Shown: piece after piece, positions 44,190-53,792 of the stretch
Layout: each line of letters opens with the position of its first letter
Numbering within the stretch: the stretch's first letter is position 1
Source: an uncultured delta proteobacterium
GTDB taxonomy: Bacteria > Desulfobacterota > Binatia > Binatales > Binataceae
Direction of reading: 5' to 3'
Assembly: GCA_963848285.1 (NCBI GenBank)
Contig: CAWKCZ010000003.1
Span: forward strand, 67 to 64,066
DNA: 64,000 nt
Notes under the pieces: model-generated
The model's database searches: none
What the model was told of the DNA's origin: nothing
What the model saw: only the letters and a program-made list of their open reading frames with translations
Program-made: the position numbers and the translations under genes

Positions 44190-45575
44190 ATGCGTCCGAA
44201 ATACCTGATCCTCGTCTTCGCAATCGCATCTCTCAGTCTAGTTGCGCCGCCGCCGACGTGGGCGCAGGCTTCGCCATCCGAGACCCCTCCATCCCCGGTG
44301 ACTCCGCCCGCGGGCAGCCTCGGCGCGAACGCGGGCGGCAAGAGGGCTGATCCCGAGCCGGCCGACCAGGCGGGATTTCCGCACGACCTCTATCGATGGG
44401 TTCTGCCGGCCGATAACCTCGGAGCGTCCGCCTGAGAAGATCGGACTCGGTCGCGCGCTGTTTTTCGATCGCCGCCTCTCCGCCGATGACAAGGAGAGTT
44501 GCTCGACCTGTCACGATCCCGAAAAGGGCTTCACCGATCAGCTCCCGACCTCGATGGGGATCCATAATCAGTTCGGCAAGCGCAATGCGCCGACCATCGT
44601 CAACGCGAATTTCAACATTCTGCAATTCTGGGATGGACGCGAACCGACCCTCGAGGAGCAGGCCAAGCGCCCGATTCTGAATCCGATCGAAATGGGCATG
44701 CCCGACGAGAAGACCGTGGTCGCCAAGCTTAACGCCGCGCCCGAGTATCAGAAAGCGTTCATGGAAGTCTTCGGGCATCCGCCGAATTACGACGACATGG
44801 TGAAAGCGATCGCGGCATTCGAGCGCACCCAGGTCGCCTTCGATGCGCCCTTCGACAAGTTCATGGCCGGCGATCGACAAGGCGCTCACCGAGCAGCAGA
44901 AGCGCGGATGGTCGATCTTCAATGGCAAGGGCCGCTGCATGTCGTGTCACGGAGTCAACCAGTGCAGCCGATGTTCAGCGACAACCGCTTCCACAACATC
45001 GGCGTGTCGGCGCACAACAAGGATTTCGTCGGGCTCGCGCGCAAGGCGCTTGCAGATCATCTCGTAGGGCGGCAGTGCCGGAGAAGATCGACCAGCTCGC
45101 GATTCAAACCGACATGAGCGAGCTCGGCCGCTTCCTCGTCACCAAGCAGCCGCACGATATCGGCGCGTTCCGCACCATGGGCCTGCGCAATCTGCTGGTC
45201 ACCGAGCCGTACTTCCACGACGGCTCGCAGGCGACGCTGTGGGACACCATCGATCATTACAACAAGGGCGGCGTGCAGAATCCCTATCTCGATGGCGGCA
45301 TCGTTCCACTCGGGCTGTCGGAGCAGGAGATTGATGACCTCGTCGCGTTTCTGAAATCGCTCACCAGCCCGCGCTATGCGGACGCGGCCGAGCATGAGTA
45401 TGCCGCGCAGCTCGCGCGCTCGAAGACCGATCGTCCGCAGCGCGACGTCGACGCCGCGATGGGACTCAAGGGACGCAACGATCCGAATCTGTCCGGCCCG
45501 TTTGGCGATATCGGACCCGACACAGGATCAGATGCAGGAAAATCCGGCGCTGCATTCGGCGGCACTGACAGATAG
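44190..45575 (+). CDS. Secreted diheme bCcP/MauG-superfamily enzyme, MauG-type (frameshifted)
   Basis: Signal peptide; CSTCH and CMSCH; RNAP, QFWDGR, FRT..LRN..TEPYFHDG; Tyr at His+14. Confidence 0.9.
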
Positions 45576-45596
45576 ATCTGAAACGAGGTTCGCGCA

Positions 45597-46748
45597 ATGG
45601 CGGTCCGGCACAAGAGCGTCGAAACGAAATATATGGAGGATCGCGACCGCGTGCATGCGCGGACTGCGCGGCCTCGACCGCCGCAGCTTCCTCAAAGTGC
45701 TGGCGCGCACGATGGGCGCGGTCGCGGCGAAGGGCCTGATGCCGCCGCATTCGTTCCAGCTCATCACGCTGGCCGATGCCGCGACCGACAAGGCCTTCGG
45801 GACCAAGGGCGCCGAGGGCAAGCGCCCGTTCACGTTCGCATACATTTCGGACACGCCATCTTTACGAGCGCAGCTGAATCAGCGCTTCGTGCGCGCCGCG
45901 GTCAAAGCAGTCGAGGACGTCAACGCGCTCGACCCGCAGCCGGATTTCGTGCTCTTCGGCGGCGATCTCGCTCAGCTCGGGCGCGCGCAAGGAACTCGAA
46001 CTCGGCAAGCAGATCCTCGATGAGCTGAAGGCGCCGGTTAAGATGATGGTCGGCGAGCACGACTGGTTCTACGACATGGGCGACACCTGGCAGGAAATGT
46101 TCGGCCCGCCCAATTACTCTTTCGACTGGAAGGGCGTCCACGTCATCACGCTGATGAGCGTGCATGAGAAGGATTTCTGGACCCCGCTCAAGATGACGCC
46201 CGAGCAGCGGATGCATACCGTCGCCGGACTCGACAACGGCACTCAGTCGCGCTTCGAAGTCGGCGACGAAGAGCGCGCGTGGCTGAAAAAGGATCTCGCG
46301 AAGGTGCCGCCGCGACGCCGATTCTGATCTTCTCGCATTCGCCGCTCTACAAATATTACCGCAACTGGAATTTCTGGACCGAGGACGCCGACGAGGTGCA
46401 GGAAATCCTGCGCCCCTACGAGCACGTCACCGTCATCCACGGCCATACCCATCAGATGCTGCTCAACCAGATTCACAACATCAGCTTCTACGGGATGCTC
46501 TCGACCGCGTGGCCGTGGCCCTATGCGCCGCAGGGACTGCCGCCGCTGACGGTGCAGATGAATCGCGCCGATCCGTTCGATCAGTTCGACGGCCTCGGTG
46601 ACGGACAGTTCAACGTTGCGCCCCGAGGGCCTGGCCGACAGCATCTACAATCTGTGGGATCGCAATCCGGTGACGGTGAAGGCGAGCTACCTGACCTCGC
46701 GCGGACAAGTCAACAAGCCCGCCGGCGCCGCAGTTCGCGAGCTACTGA
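45597..46748 (+). CDS. Tat-exported calcineurin-like metallophosphoesterase (frameshifted)
   Basis: DRRSFLK Tat motif; SDTH (broken by indel), GGDL, GEHD, HSP, HGHTH. Confidence 0.85.
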
Positions 46749-47561
46749 TGAAGCCTCGAAGCAAAATCCTCATCGCGCTGGCCGCTACCTCGATCGCAAG
46801 TTCGCTCGCGCTCGCGCAGCAGTTGCCGACGCATCAGACCGGCGCAGCCGCAAATGGCAGCGTCGTGGTCGAGCTATGCGACGGCGTCACCAAAACCGAA
46901 GTGAAGGGACTGAAGCCCGGCCAGGCGATGACGCATGAGCAGGCGCTCGCCGTCACGCATTCGCTGATGGCGGAGTGGGAGCGCAAGCATCCCGATGAGC
47001 ATTGGCAGATGGCGCAGGACACCAGCGCCAGCGAGGACGAAGAAACCCGCCCGCCGCAACGAATCGAATCCGGCCGGCAGCAGCCAATGCTCCCGCGGCG
47101 GAGAAGCCCTCCGCGGAACGCGCACCGCCGCGCACGCCACCTCGCCGCGCAGACGCCAATCCGGTCATCGGTGGTCCCGGCCACAAGCAGCCAAGCAGAC
47201 TCAGCAGGGCGACACCTACGCGAGCTTCAACGAGCGCGACTTCAAGGTGTGGCAGGCCAACACCGATCGCTTCGTCCAGCAGGGCAAGGAAGTTTTCCAC
47301 GACGCGAATAAGCTCGGCGGCACCATCGGCATCAGTTGCGATATGTGCCATCCGGACGCGCCGAATACGCATCCCGAGACCTATCCGAAGTACCAGGTGC
47401 AGCTACAGCGCGTGGCGTTGCTGCGCGACATGATCGAGTGGTGCATCGAGAATCCGGTCAAGGGCAAAACCATGGATCCCAACGATCCGCGCCTGCGCGC
47501 GCTCGAAGCCTACATCATCGCGCAACGCAAAGGCGTCCCGCTCGACTACGGCAAGCATTAG
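46748..47561 (+). CDS. Secreted monoheme cytochrome c of SoxA/TsdA-like His/Cys type (frameshifted linker)
   Basis: Signal peptide; SCDMCH...YPKY...LRDMIEWCIENPVKG...ALEAYI; TGATG overlap with the previous gene. Confidence 0.8.
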
Positions 47562-48089
47562 CCGCGGCGGAAGTATCCGATCATGCGCTCGCCGATCGCC
47601 GCTATATAGAAGACCGCGAGCAGCGGACACAGTTCTCGAAGTGCGGTTCCCGGAACTGCCGGCGCAGGTGCGACGCTCAGAATGATCACCAGCGCGAAGT
47701 TGATGATGCCGCCGAAGTGGCCGAGGCGGCTCTTGATTGGCGCGCCGGCAAGCAGCATCGAGTCGATCGCATACTGCGAGAATGAGATCGCGATCAGCAT
47801 CGGAATGTAGAACGGAATGCGCACCGATGCACGCTTCGCAGGTCAGCGCGGTCAACACGAAGACGATGTCCGCGAGGCTGTCGAGCCATCGTCCGACGCC
47901 GTCGGCGATTCCCATCCGGCGCGCGAGGCGTCCGTCGAGGAGGTCGGATATCGCGCCGGCGATCGCGATGGCTGCCGAGCAGCATCGCGCCTCGGTAGCC
48001 GGCCTCGAACGCGCATAGCCACGCCATCGCGAGCGATGACGCGCGCGGCGCTGAGCAGGTTCGCCGCCTGCGAACGTATCGGGAAACAA
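47558..48089 (-). CDS. CDP-alcohol phosphatidyltransferase (frameshifted; start approximate)
   Basis: [11 protein letters not shown]....G.WLDSLAD signature. Confidence 0.85.
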
Positions 48090-48139
48090 CTCGTGCGCGG
48101 AGTGATGTGGCTCGCCGCTTCCGTTACAATCGATGCCTC

Positions 48140-49104
48140 ATGTCTAAAACGCGCACCATCCAGATCATCAGCCACGGACCCTCATGCCTCGACGGCGTGA
48201 TGGCGGCCGCGGCTATCGCCAGGTTTTTCGAGGGCAATCACGTGTATCGCGAACCTGCCCGGCAACAACGAAAGCGACCGCGCCATCCAGAGTCTCAAGC
48301 TGCGCGACAAATCCGGCGCCGACGAAATCTGGATCACCGACCTTTCATGGACCAAGCCGGAAACCGCAGCGCATCTGAAGGAACTCGCCGAGGCGGGCGC
48401 GCGCGTGTTCTGGATCGACCACCATCGCACCGCAGTCTCGCGCGCCGACGCGCCTGAGTTCAAGGTGCCGTTTGCGGGCAAGGTGTTGTCGGAAAAATAT
48501 TCCGCCGCGCGCCTGACCTTCGAGTTTCTCAAGAAGCGCGAGGACGAGCTGCTCGGCGGAGAAGCGCCGCGACTTCGAAGCGTTCCGGCGCTTCGCGGAA
48601 ATCGCCGACGATCACGATCGCTGGATTCATAAAATTCCCGAGTCGCCCGATTGGGCGCTCGCGGTGCAGACTCTGGGTGGAATTCCGTCGTATCGCGAGA
48701 TCCTCAAGTTGCGCGAACCCGTAATGTCACGCCGACTGCGCGACGCGTTGCGCGCCGGGCAGGACGGCCTGAAGAAGAGCATGGACCTCGCGGATTCGAC
48801 GCTGGTGCTACGCCCGTTGAGCAACGGCGTCACCCTGCGCACCGCATGCTGCTTCGGCTACAGCAGCGAGGTCGCCGCGCATCTGTATGAGAACACGACG
48901 CAAACGGTTATCGCGCTGTTCGACCTGCGCAGCCAGGGCGTGAGCCTGCGCCGCAGCGCCGATTGCGAAGTCGATTTATCAAAGCTGGCGGAGCAGTTCG
49001 GCGGCGGCGGACATGCGGCAGCCAGCGGCTTCATGACTCCCGAGCTGCGCAAGGTCCCGGCCGAGCGCCTCGCCGAGCTCCTCGCGGGCCGCCTGGAGCG
49101 CTAA
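48140..49104 (+). CDS. DHH/DHHA1 phosphoesterase (frameshifted)
   Basis: SH..CLDG, ITDL, WIDHH, SLR, GGGGHAAASG. Confidence 0.85.
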
Positions 49105-49111
49105 CTGATGG

Positions 49112-50152
49112 TCAAAGCCGGGCGAGCAGCGGCAGGCTGAGCGAAAAAGCCAGGGCCAGGAAGATCAACGCCATCAATATCCGCGCACCGCGATGCGCGA
49201 AGTTGAGCGTCCATCCGATGCCGAAACGCTTTTCGACCATCAGCGCCGGATCGTCGGGGTTATAGTAGATCATTCCCCACTTCCAGCAGGCATCTGGAGT
49301 TCGATCGGATACGTTCTCGTTGGCGCCCGCAGGCAACAACCGAACCCCGCCCTGTCCGCGCCGAACCAGTTCGAGCGCTCCCACCGTCATAATCGCGATC
49401 AATGCGGCGAGGCCTCCAAACATAGTGGTGATGTGCGGGTAGAGCGGAAGAAAAGCGAGCACGGCGACCAGATAACTGGCTGCTAGCATGACGCCGATTC
49501 CGATCCAGCGAAACCGGCTCTCTTCGCGTGCTTTAACCTCGGTGACGGCAATCCGACGCGAGTGGTTCACCACGCCGACGACGACCAGCGTGCTGACCAG
49601 GCAGAGGAGCAGGTACGCGGCGTTGATCATCCAAAAGATCGTTGGTGTCTTCGGCATCCATCCATTCGGGTTCCCCACCAGGTCCCAATGTACCGGCATC
49701 GGATTGGGTATTTCGTTCCAGTGTAAGAGGAGGGTAAGGGTCGCGGCTCCGAGGACCAGGTATGGCCCGACCAGTAGTGGAATCAGACCTGGCATCTGCG
49801 GTTGCGTCTCGAGCGAGGCTTCACGTCCGCTACGGGGAGTTGCTCGGAAAGGAAACGTCCGGCGATGCGCGACCACGAAAACCGCATCGGTGCAGAGCAG
49901 TTCCAGCATGAGCAAGCCGGCGCCGAGGAGTCCCGCGTCATTTGCGCCAACTTTGAAGGCGAACCCCAGCGCAGTCAGTGTGACCGCGACGATCCCTCGC
50001 CGATACGCAGCCAAGATGCGGCGCGCCGCGGCGGTATCGCGAAAATCCGCTGCGACAGTCACGGAAAAGAAAATGTCGCTGCGCGTGAGTTGCGGCATCG
50101 CGTATTGGAGCAAACCGATAAGTAACACCATCGCAATCCAGAAGATTTCCAT
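49112..50152 (-). CDS. DUF1648/DUF5808 membrane protein
   Basis: IP.PMPVHW..GNPNGW; WKWG.IYYNPDDP.L.VEKRFGIGWTLNF. Confidence 0.88.
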   Translation of the reverse strand: MEIFWIAMVLLIGLLQYAMPQLTRSDIFFSVTVAADFRDTAAARRILAAYRRGIVAVTLTALGFAFKVGANDAGLLGAGLLMLELLCTDAVFVVAHRRTFPFRATPRSGREASLETQPQMPGLIPLLVGPYLVLGAATLTLLLHWNEIPNPMPVHWDLVGNPNGWMPKTPTIFWMINAAYLLLCLVSTLVVVGVVNHSRRIAVTEVKAREESRFRWIGIGVMLAASYLVAVLAFLPLYPHITTMFGGLAALIAIMTVGALELVRRGQGGVRLLPAGANENVSDRTPDACWKWGMIYYNPDDPALMVEKRFGIGWTLNFAHRGARILMALIFLALAFSLSLPLLARL

Positions 50153-50154
50153 GG

Positions 50155-50559
50155 CTATTCTCCCTTCGCGGATGGATCCCGGCGTACGATGGAGTCGAAT
50201 TCCGCGCGAATGGATTCCAGCGGCAGACCCGCGGTACGCATCTCGGCGATCAGCCCTCGCAAGCGCTCGCGCAAGGCCCCGCGCTGCTTCGCACCGGCAT
50301 TGGGAGTCACACGATCGAGCACCATCGCTCCGCGCCGCCGCCTGAGGTCGAGCCAGCCTTCTTCGGAGAGCAAGCGATAGGCTTCGGCAACCGTGTTGTG
50401 ATGAACCGCGAGATCGATCGCGAGCTGGCGCACCGTGGGAAGCTGCTGGCCGGGCTTCAGGCGCCGATCAACCAGGCGCGCGCGAATCGCATCGGCGATT
50501 TGCCGGTAGGCCGGCGTCGGCGACGAAAGATCGATGCGAATGATATTTCTTTCCGACAT
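50155..50559 (-). CDS. GntR (YtrA subfamily) regulator
   Basis: PAYRQIA, LPTVRQLA.DL.V..NTVA.AY..L; short C-terminus. Confidence 0.9.
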   Translation of the reverse strand: MSERNIIRIDLSSPTPAYRQIADAIRARLVDRRLKPGQQLPTVRQLAIDLAVHHNTVAEAYRLLSEEGWLDLRRRRGAMVLDRVTPNAGAKQRGALRERLRGLIAEMRTAGLPLESIRAEFDSIVRRDPSAKGE

Positions 50560-50565
50560 TTGTCT

Positions 50566-50588
50566 TTTGTACACATACACTATACAAA
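50566..50588. promoter_or_regulatory. Putative YtrA/GntR operator
   Basis: TTTGTA-N11-TACAAA inverted repeat just upstream of the GntR start codon. Confidence 0.65.
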
Positions 50589-50662
50589 TGACTCGCAGGA
50601 GATCAATCAGCAGTCATCGCGTTGTCAAAGGACTTCGCGATATCGGTCGAGGGGAGACCACG

Positions 50663-51089
50663 ATGTTCAGAAGAGTAATCGTTTCGATTCTGATGTTGGT
50701 TGCGGTCGGTGGATTTGCCGGCGTTGCTCATGCCGACGGGAGGACCGCGGTTGAAAAGGCGAAGAAAGCCGCGGCGGCTTGGCTCAAGTTGGTCGATGAA
50801 GAAAAGTATCAGGAGAGTTGGAATCAAGCCGCCGGTTTCTTCAAGGATCACGTGACCGCGATCGATGGACGGAAATGGCGGCGCCGTGCGAAAACCTCTA
50901 GGTCCCGTCGTCTCGCGGGAATTCAAACTTGCGCACTACTCGACCAGCCTGCCCGGCGCGCCCGACGGCGAGTACGTCGTGATTCAGTACGATACTTCAT
51001 TCGCGAACAAGAAGGCCGCCGTCGAGACCATCACCCCGATGCTCGACAAAGACGGGCAGTGGCGCGTCTCGGGGTACTACATCAAGTAG
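50663..51089 (+). CDS. DUF4019 secreted protein (frameshifted)
   Basis: [13 protein letters not shown]; [23 protein letters not shown]; WRVSGYYIK. Confidence 0.85.
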
Positions 51090-51091
51090 AG

Positions 51092-51970
51092 CTACAGGCG
51101 GAGAGCGACGCGTATCCACCCCACGAGGTCGCGGTAGACCTCGGAGCGGTTGGTTTCGTTGAACATCTCGTGGCGGCCGTCGGTGTAGTACTTCTCGGTC
51201 ACATCCTTGATGCCCGCCGCGCGATAGCGGTCGGCGACCGGGCGCAACCACTCGAGGTTGTGGTTAATCGGATCCTTGTCGCCCGCCATGATCCAGATCG
51301 GCAGGTCCTTGCGGATGCGCGCGAGTTGGGTGGGATCGATGGTACGCATCGAGGCCGCTGCCATGGTCGCCATCGAGCGCGCGATGACGCCGAAGCCGCA
51401 GAGCGGGTCCGCGATGTACTTGTCGACCTCGGCCGGATCGCGGCTCAGCCAATCGAAAGGTGTGCGCGCCGGCTCGAACGCCTGATTTATCGCGGTGAGG
51501 TCCGCATCGCCCGAGGAACTCATCTGCAGTTTGTCGATGGCGGCCGATCCCGAAAGCACCGCCGCCTCGATGAGGTCGCTGTGATCGAGCAGATAAGCCT
51601 GGGTCGCGAAGGAGCCCATGCTGTGACCGAGCAGCACGACCGGCAGCCCGCGCTCGCGTTCTCGGATTATCCGCGTCAGGCGCGCCATGTCCTCGATAAG
51701 CGCGTCCCATCCGCCGACGCCGAAGTCACCTAGCGCTTCTTTCGATAGCGCGGTGCGGCCGTGCCCCCGATGATCGTTCGAGTAAACGTCGAACCCGGCC
51801 TCATTGAGAAAGGCGGCGAGGTTGGCATAGCGCAGCGAATGCTCGCCCATCCCGTGTGAGATCTGGACGATGCCGACCGGACTGACAGCAGGCCACCGGA
51901 AGCATGCGACTTCGATAGGCGGGCGGTTTGAGTCCTCAGGGCTTAGAAACGAAAATTCCTCGCGAGTCAT
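51092..51970 (-). CDS. Alpha/beta hydrolase, lysophospholipase-like
   Basis: HGMGEH..RY, DHRGHG, GHSMG, RHEMFNE. Confidence 0.9.
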   Translation of the reverse strand: MTREEFSFLSPEDSNRPPIEVACFRWPAVSPVGIVQISHGMGEHSLRYANLAAFLNEAGFDVYSNDHRGHGRTALSKEALGDFGVGGWDALIEDMARLTRIIRERERGLPVVLLGHSMGSFATQAYLLDHSDLIEAAVLSGSAAIDKLQMSSSGDADLTAINQAFEPARTPFDWLSRDPAEVDKYIADPLCGFGVIARSMATMAAASMRTIDPTQLARIRKDLPIWIMAGDKDPINHNLEWLRPVADRYRAAGIKDVTEKYYTDGRHEMFNETNRSEVYRDLVGWIRVALRL

Positions 51971-52045
51971 GGCTCGTCGTAACACGCGTCGAGGGCTCGC
52001 TCCAAGGTTCCAGACCCCCTTGCCTCATTTTGATGGCGATGAGAG

Positions 52046-52080
52046 ACTGAACCTCCGTTCAGTTGACTGAACGAACAGTC
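52046..52080. promoter_or_regulatory. Two tandem palindromes, putative TetR operators
   Basis: ACTGAAC-CTCC-GTTCAGT and GACTG-AACGAA-CAGTC abut GTG 52081. Confidence 0.65.
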
Positions 52081-52710
52081 GTGGCAACCAAAGAAGAAAT
52101 TTTAAAGAATTACCGCGTCGGTGAAATCCTCGAGGCTGCTCGCCGTGTCATCGGACGCTTCGGGTTCGAGGGCACCACCATCGATCGCGTCGCCGACGAA
52201 GCCCGCATCGCCAAGGGCACCATCTACCTGTATTTCCCCAACAAAGAGGCCCTGCTGCATTCGGCGGTGGTCGAGGGAATCCGCGACCTGACCGCTGAGA
52301 TCGCGCAGTACGATGATAAAACGCGCCCGGCGATTGAGCGTCTCGCAACGTTGATCCGCTGCATGTTTAAGGTGCAAAAAGACCATCAAGACTTCTTCAA
52401 GGCGCTCATACTCGACTCACGTTTCGTCAGCTATGAACCCGGAGACCGTCGCGGCGAGGAACTCCGCAAGGTCTACCTCGAATGGGTGGACTACTTCGCA
52501 TGCGTAATTAAGGCGGCCACCGAACAAGGCGCCATCCGCCCAATGGATCCGCAACTCGCAGCCCTCTCGCTCTCCGAAATGATGACCGCGCCGCTGCGCA
52601 GGCGGCTCCTTTCGCTAACCGATACTCCGCCCGAAACCGATGTCGAAGCCGTTCTCGACCTCTTCTTATATGGGGTCCGTGGATTGCATCCGGAAAGGAA
52701 CGGCAAATGA
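52081..52710 (+). CDS. TetR/AcrR family regulator
   Basis: GFEGTTIDRVADEA.IAKGTIYLYFPNKEAL. Confidence 0.92.
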   Translation: MATKEEILKNYRVGEILEAARRVIGRFGFEGTTIDRVADEARIAKGTIYLYFPNKEALLHSAVVEGIRDLTAEIAQYDDKTRPAIERLATLIRCMFKVQKDHQDFFKALILDSRFVSYEPGDRRGEELRKVYLEWVDYFACVIKAATEQGAIRPMDPQLAALSLSEMMTAPLRRRLLSLTDTPPETDVEAVLDLFLYGVRGLHPERNGK

Positions 52711-53792
52711 CCTATCGCCCAATCATAGCCATGGCGCTTGCGGCGGGACTTTTCGCGAGCGCATGCGGCGGGCCTTCCGCGGCCAAGGCATCGACGCCCG
52801 TTGAGAGTGAACGTCTGGTGGTCGCCGTAGCGACGGCCCATCAGCAGGACCTGATGCGTACCGCGCAGGCTCAAGGCGCCCTCTTCCCGAAGGAAAAGGC
52901 CGTCCTCGCGGCCGAGGTCGCGGGTGCACTGGCCCAGGTCTTCTCCGACATGGGCGATCAGGTGAAGACCGGGCAAGTCCTCGCGCGCATCGATCCCAGG
53001 GAATATCAGCTGCGAGTCGACTCCGCGCAGGCGCAACTCGAACAAGTGCAAGCGCGACTTGCCAATGCGCAAGCGAACTTCGAACGCATGAAGGCGCTGA
53101 GCACCGAACACCTGGTGTCCGCGCAGCAATACGATTCAGCCTCCGCCGAGATGCGGGTCGCCCAAGCCGATGCCGATGCGTCCGCGAAGATGCTGGGCAT
53201 CGCGCGCAAGAAACTCGATGACACCTACATCCGCGCGCCCTTCGACGGCTTCGTCCAGAAGCGCACGGTCTCGCTGGGCGAGCATGTCGGCGAAGGGATG
53301 CCGCTCTACGAACTCATCGCGATCGATCCCATCAAGCTGCGCGCGCCGATTCCCGAGCGCTTCGTGCCGCTCGCCAAAGTGGGATTGCCGCTGGACCTGA
53401 CCATCGATGCGACTCCGGGCAAAGTTTTTCATGGCACCGTGACCCGCATCGCGCCCGCCCTCGATGAGACCAGCCGCACGCTGTTGGTCGAGGCCGAGGT
53501 GCCCAATCCCGACGGGCTGCTGAAGCCCGGTTACTTCGCGCATGTGACGATGAACCTCGGCCACGACCGCGCACTATTCGTCCCCAACTCCGCCATCCTT
53601 CGCTATGCCGGGGTGGCGCGGGTGTTCGTCTTCAAGGACGGCGCAGTGCGCTCACGCGAAGTCACCACCGGATCGATCGAAGGCGACCAAATCGAAATCA
53701 TCAGCGGTCTCAAGCAAGGCGAAAAAGTCGTCAGCAGCGATGTTGACCGGCTCGCCGATGGCACCGTGGTAGTGGCAAAGGAGCAGTCGTGA
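52707..53792 (+). CDS. RND efflux membrane-fusion lipoprotein
   Basis: FASAC lipobox, GDQVKTGQVLARID, IRAPFDG, LKPG. Confidence 0.92.
   Translation: MTYRPIIAMALAAGLFASACGGPSAAKASTPVESERLVVAVATAHQQDLMRTAQAQGALFPKEKAVLAAEVAGALAQVFSDMGDQVKTGQVLARIDPREYQLRVDSAQAQLEQVQARLANAQANFERMKALSTEHLVSAQQYDSASAEMRVAQADADASAKMLGIARKKLDDTYIRAPFDGFVQKRTVSLGEHVGEGMPLYELIAIDPIKLRAPIPERFVPLAKVGLPLDLTIDATPGKVFHGTVTRIAPALDETSRTLLVEAEVPNPDGLLKPGYFAHVTMNLGHDRALFVPNSAILRYAGVARVFVFKDGAVRSREVTTGSIEGDQIEIISGLKQGEKVVSSDVDRLADGTVVVAKEQS

Noticed and set aside
44190-47561. Canonical Sox, Mau or methanobactin operon
   Set aside because: No soxXYZ, mauABDE, mbnABC or TonB receptor; the phosphoesterase is too short for SoxB and lacks its C-terminal domain
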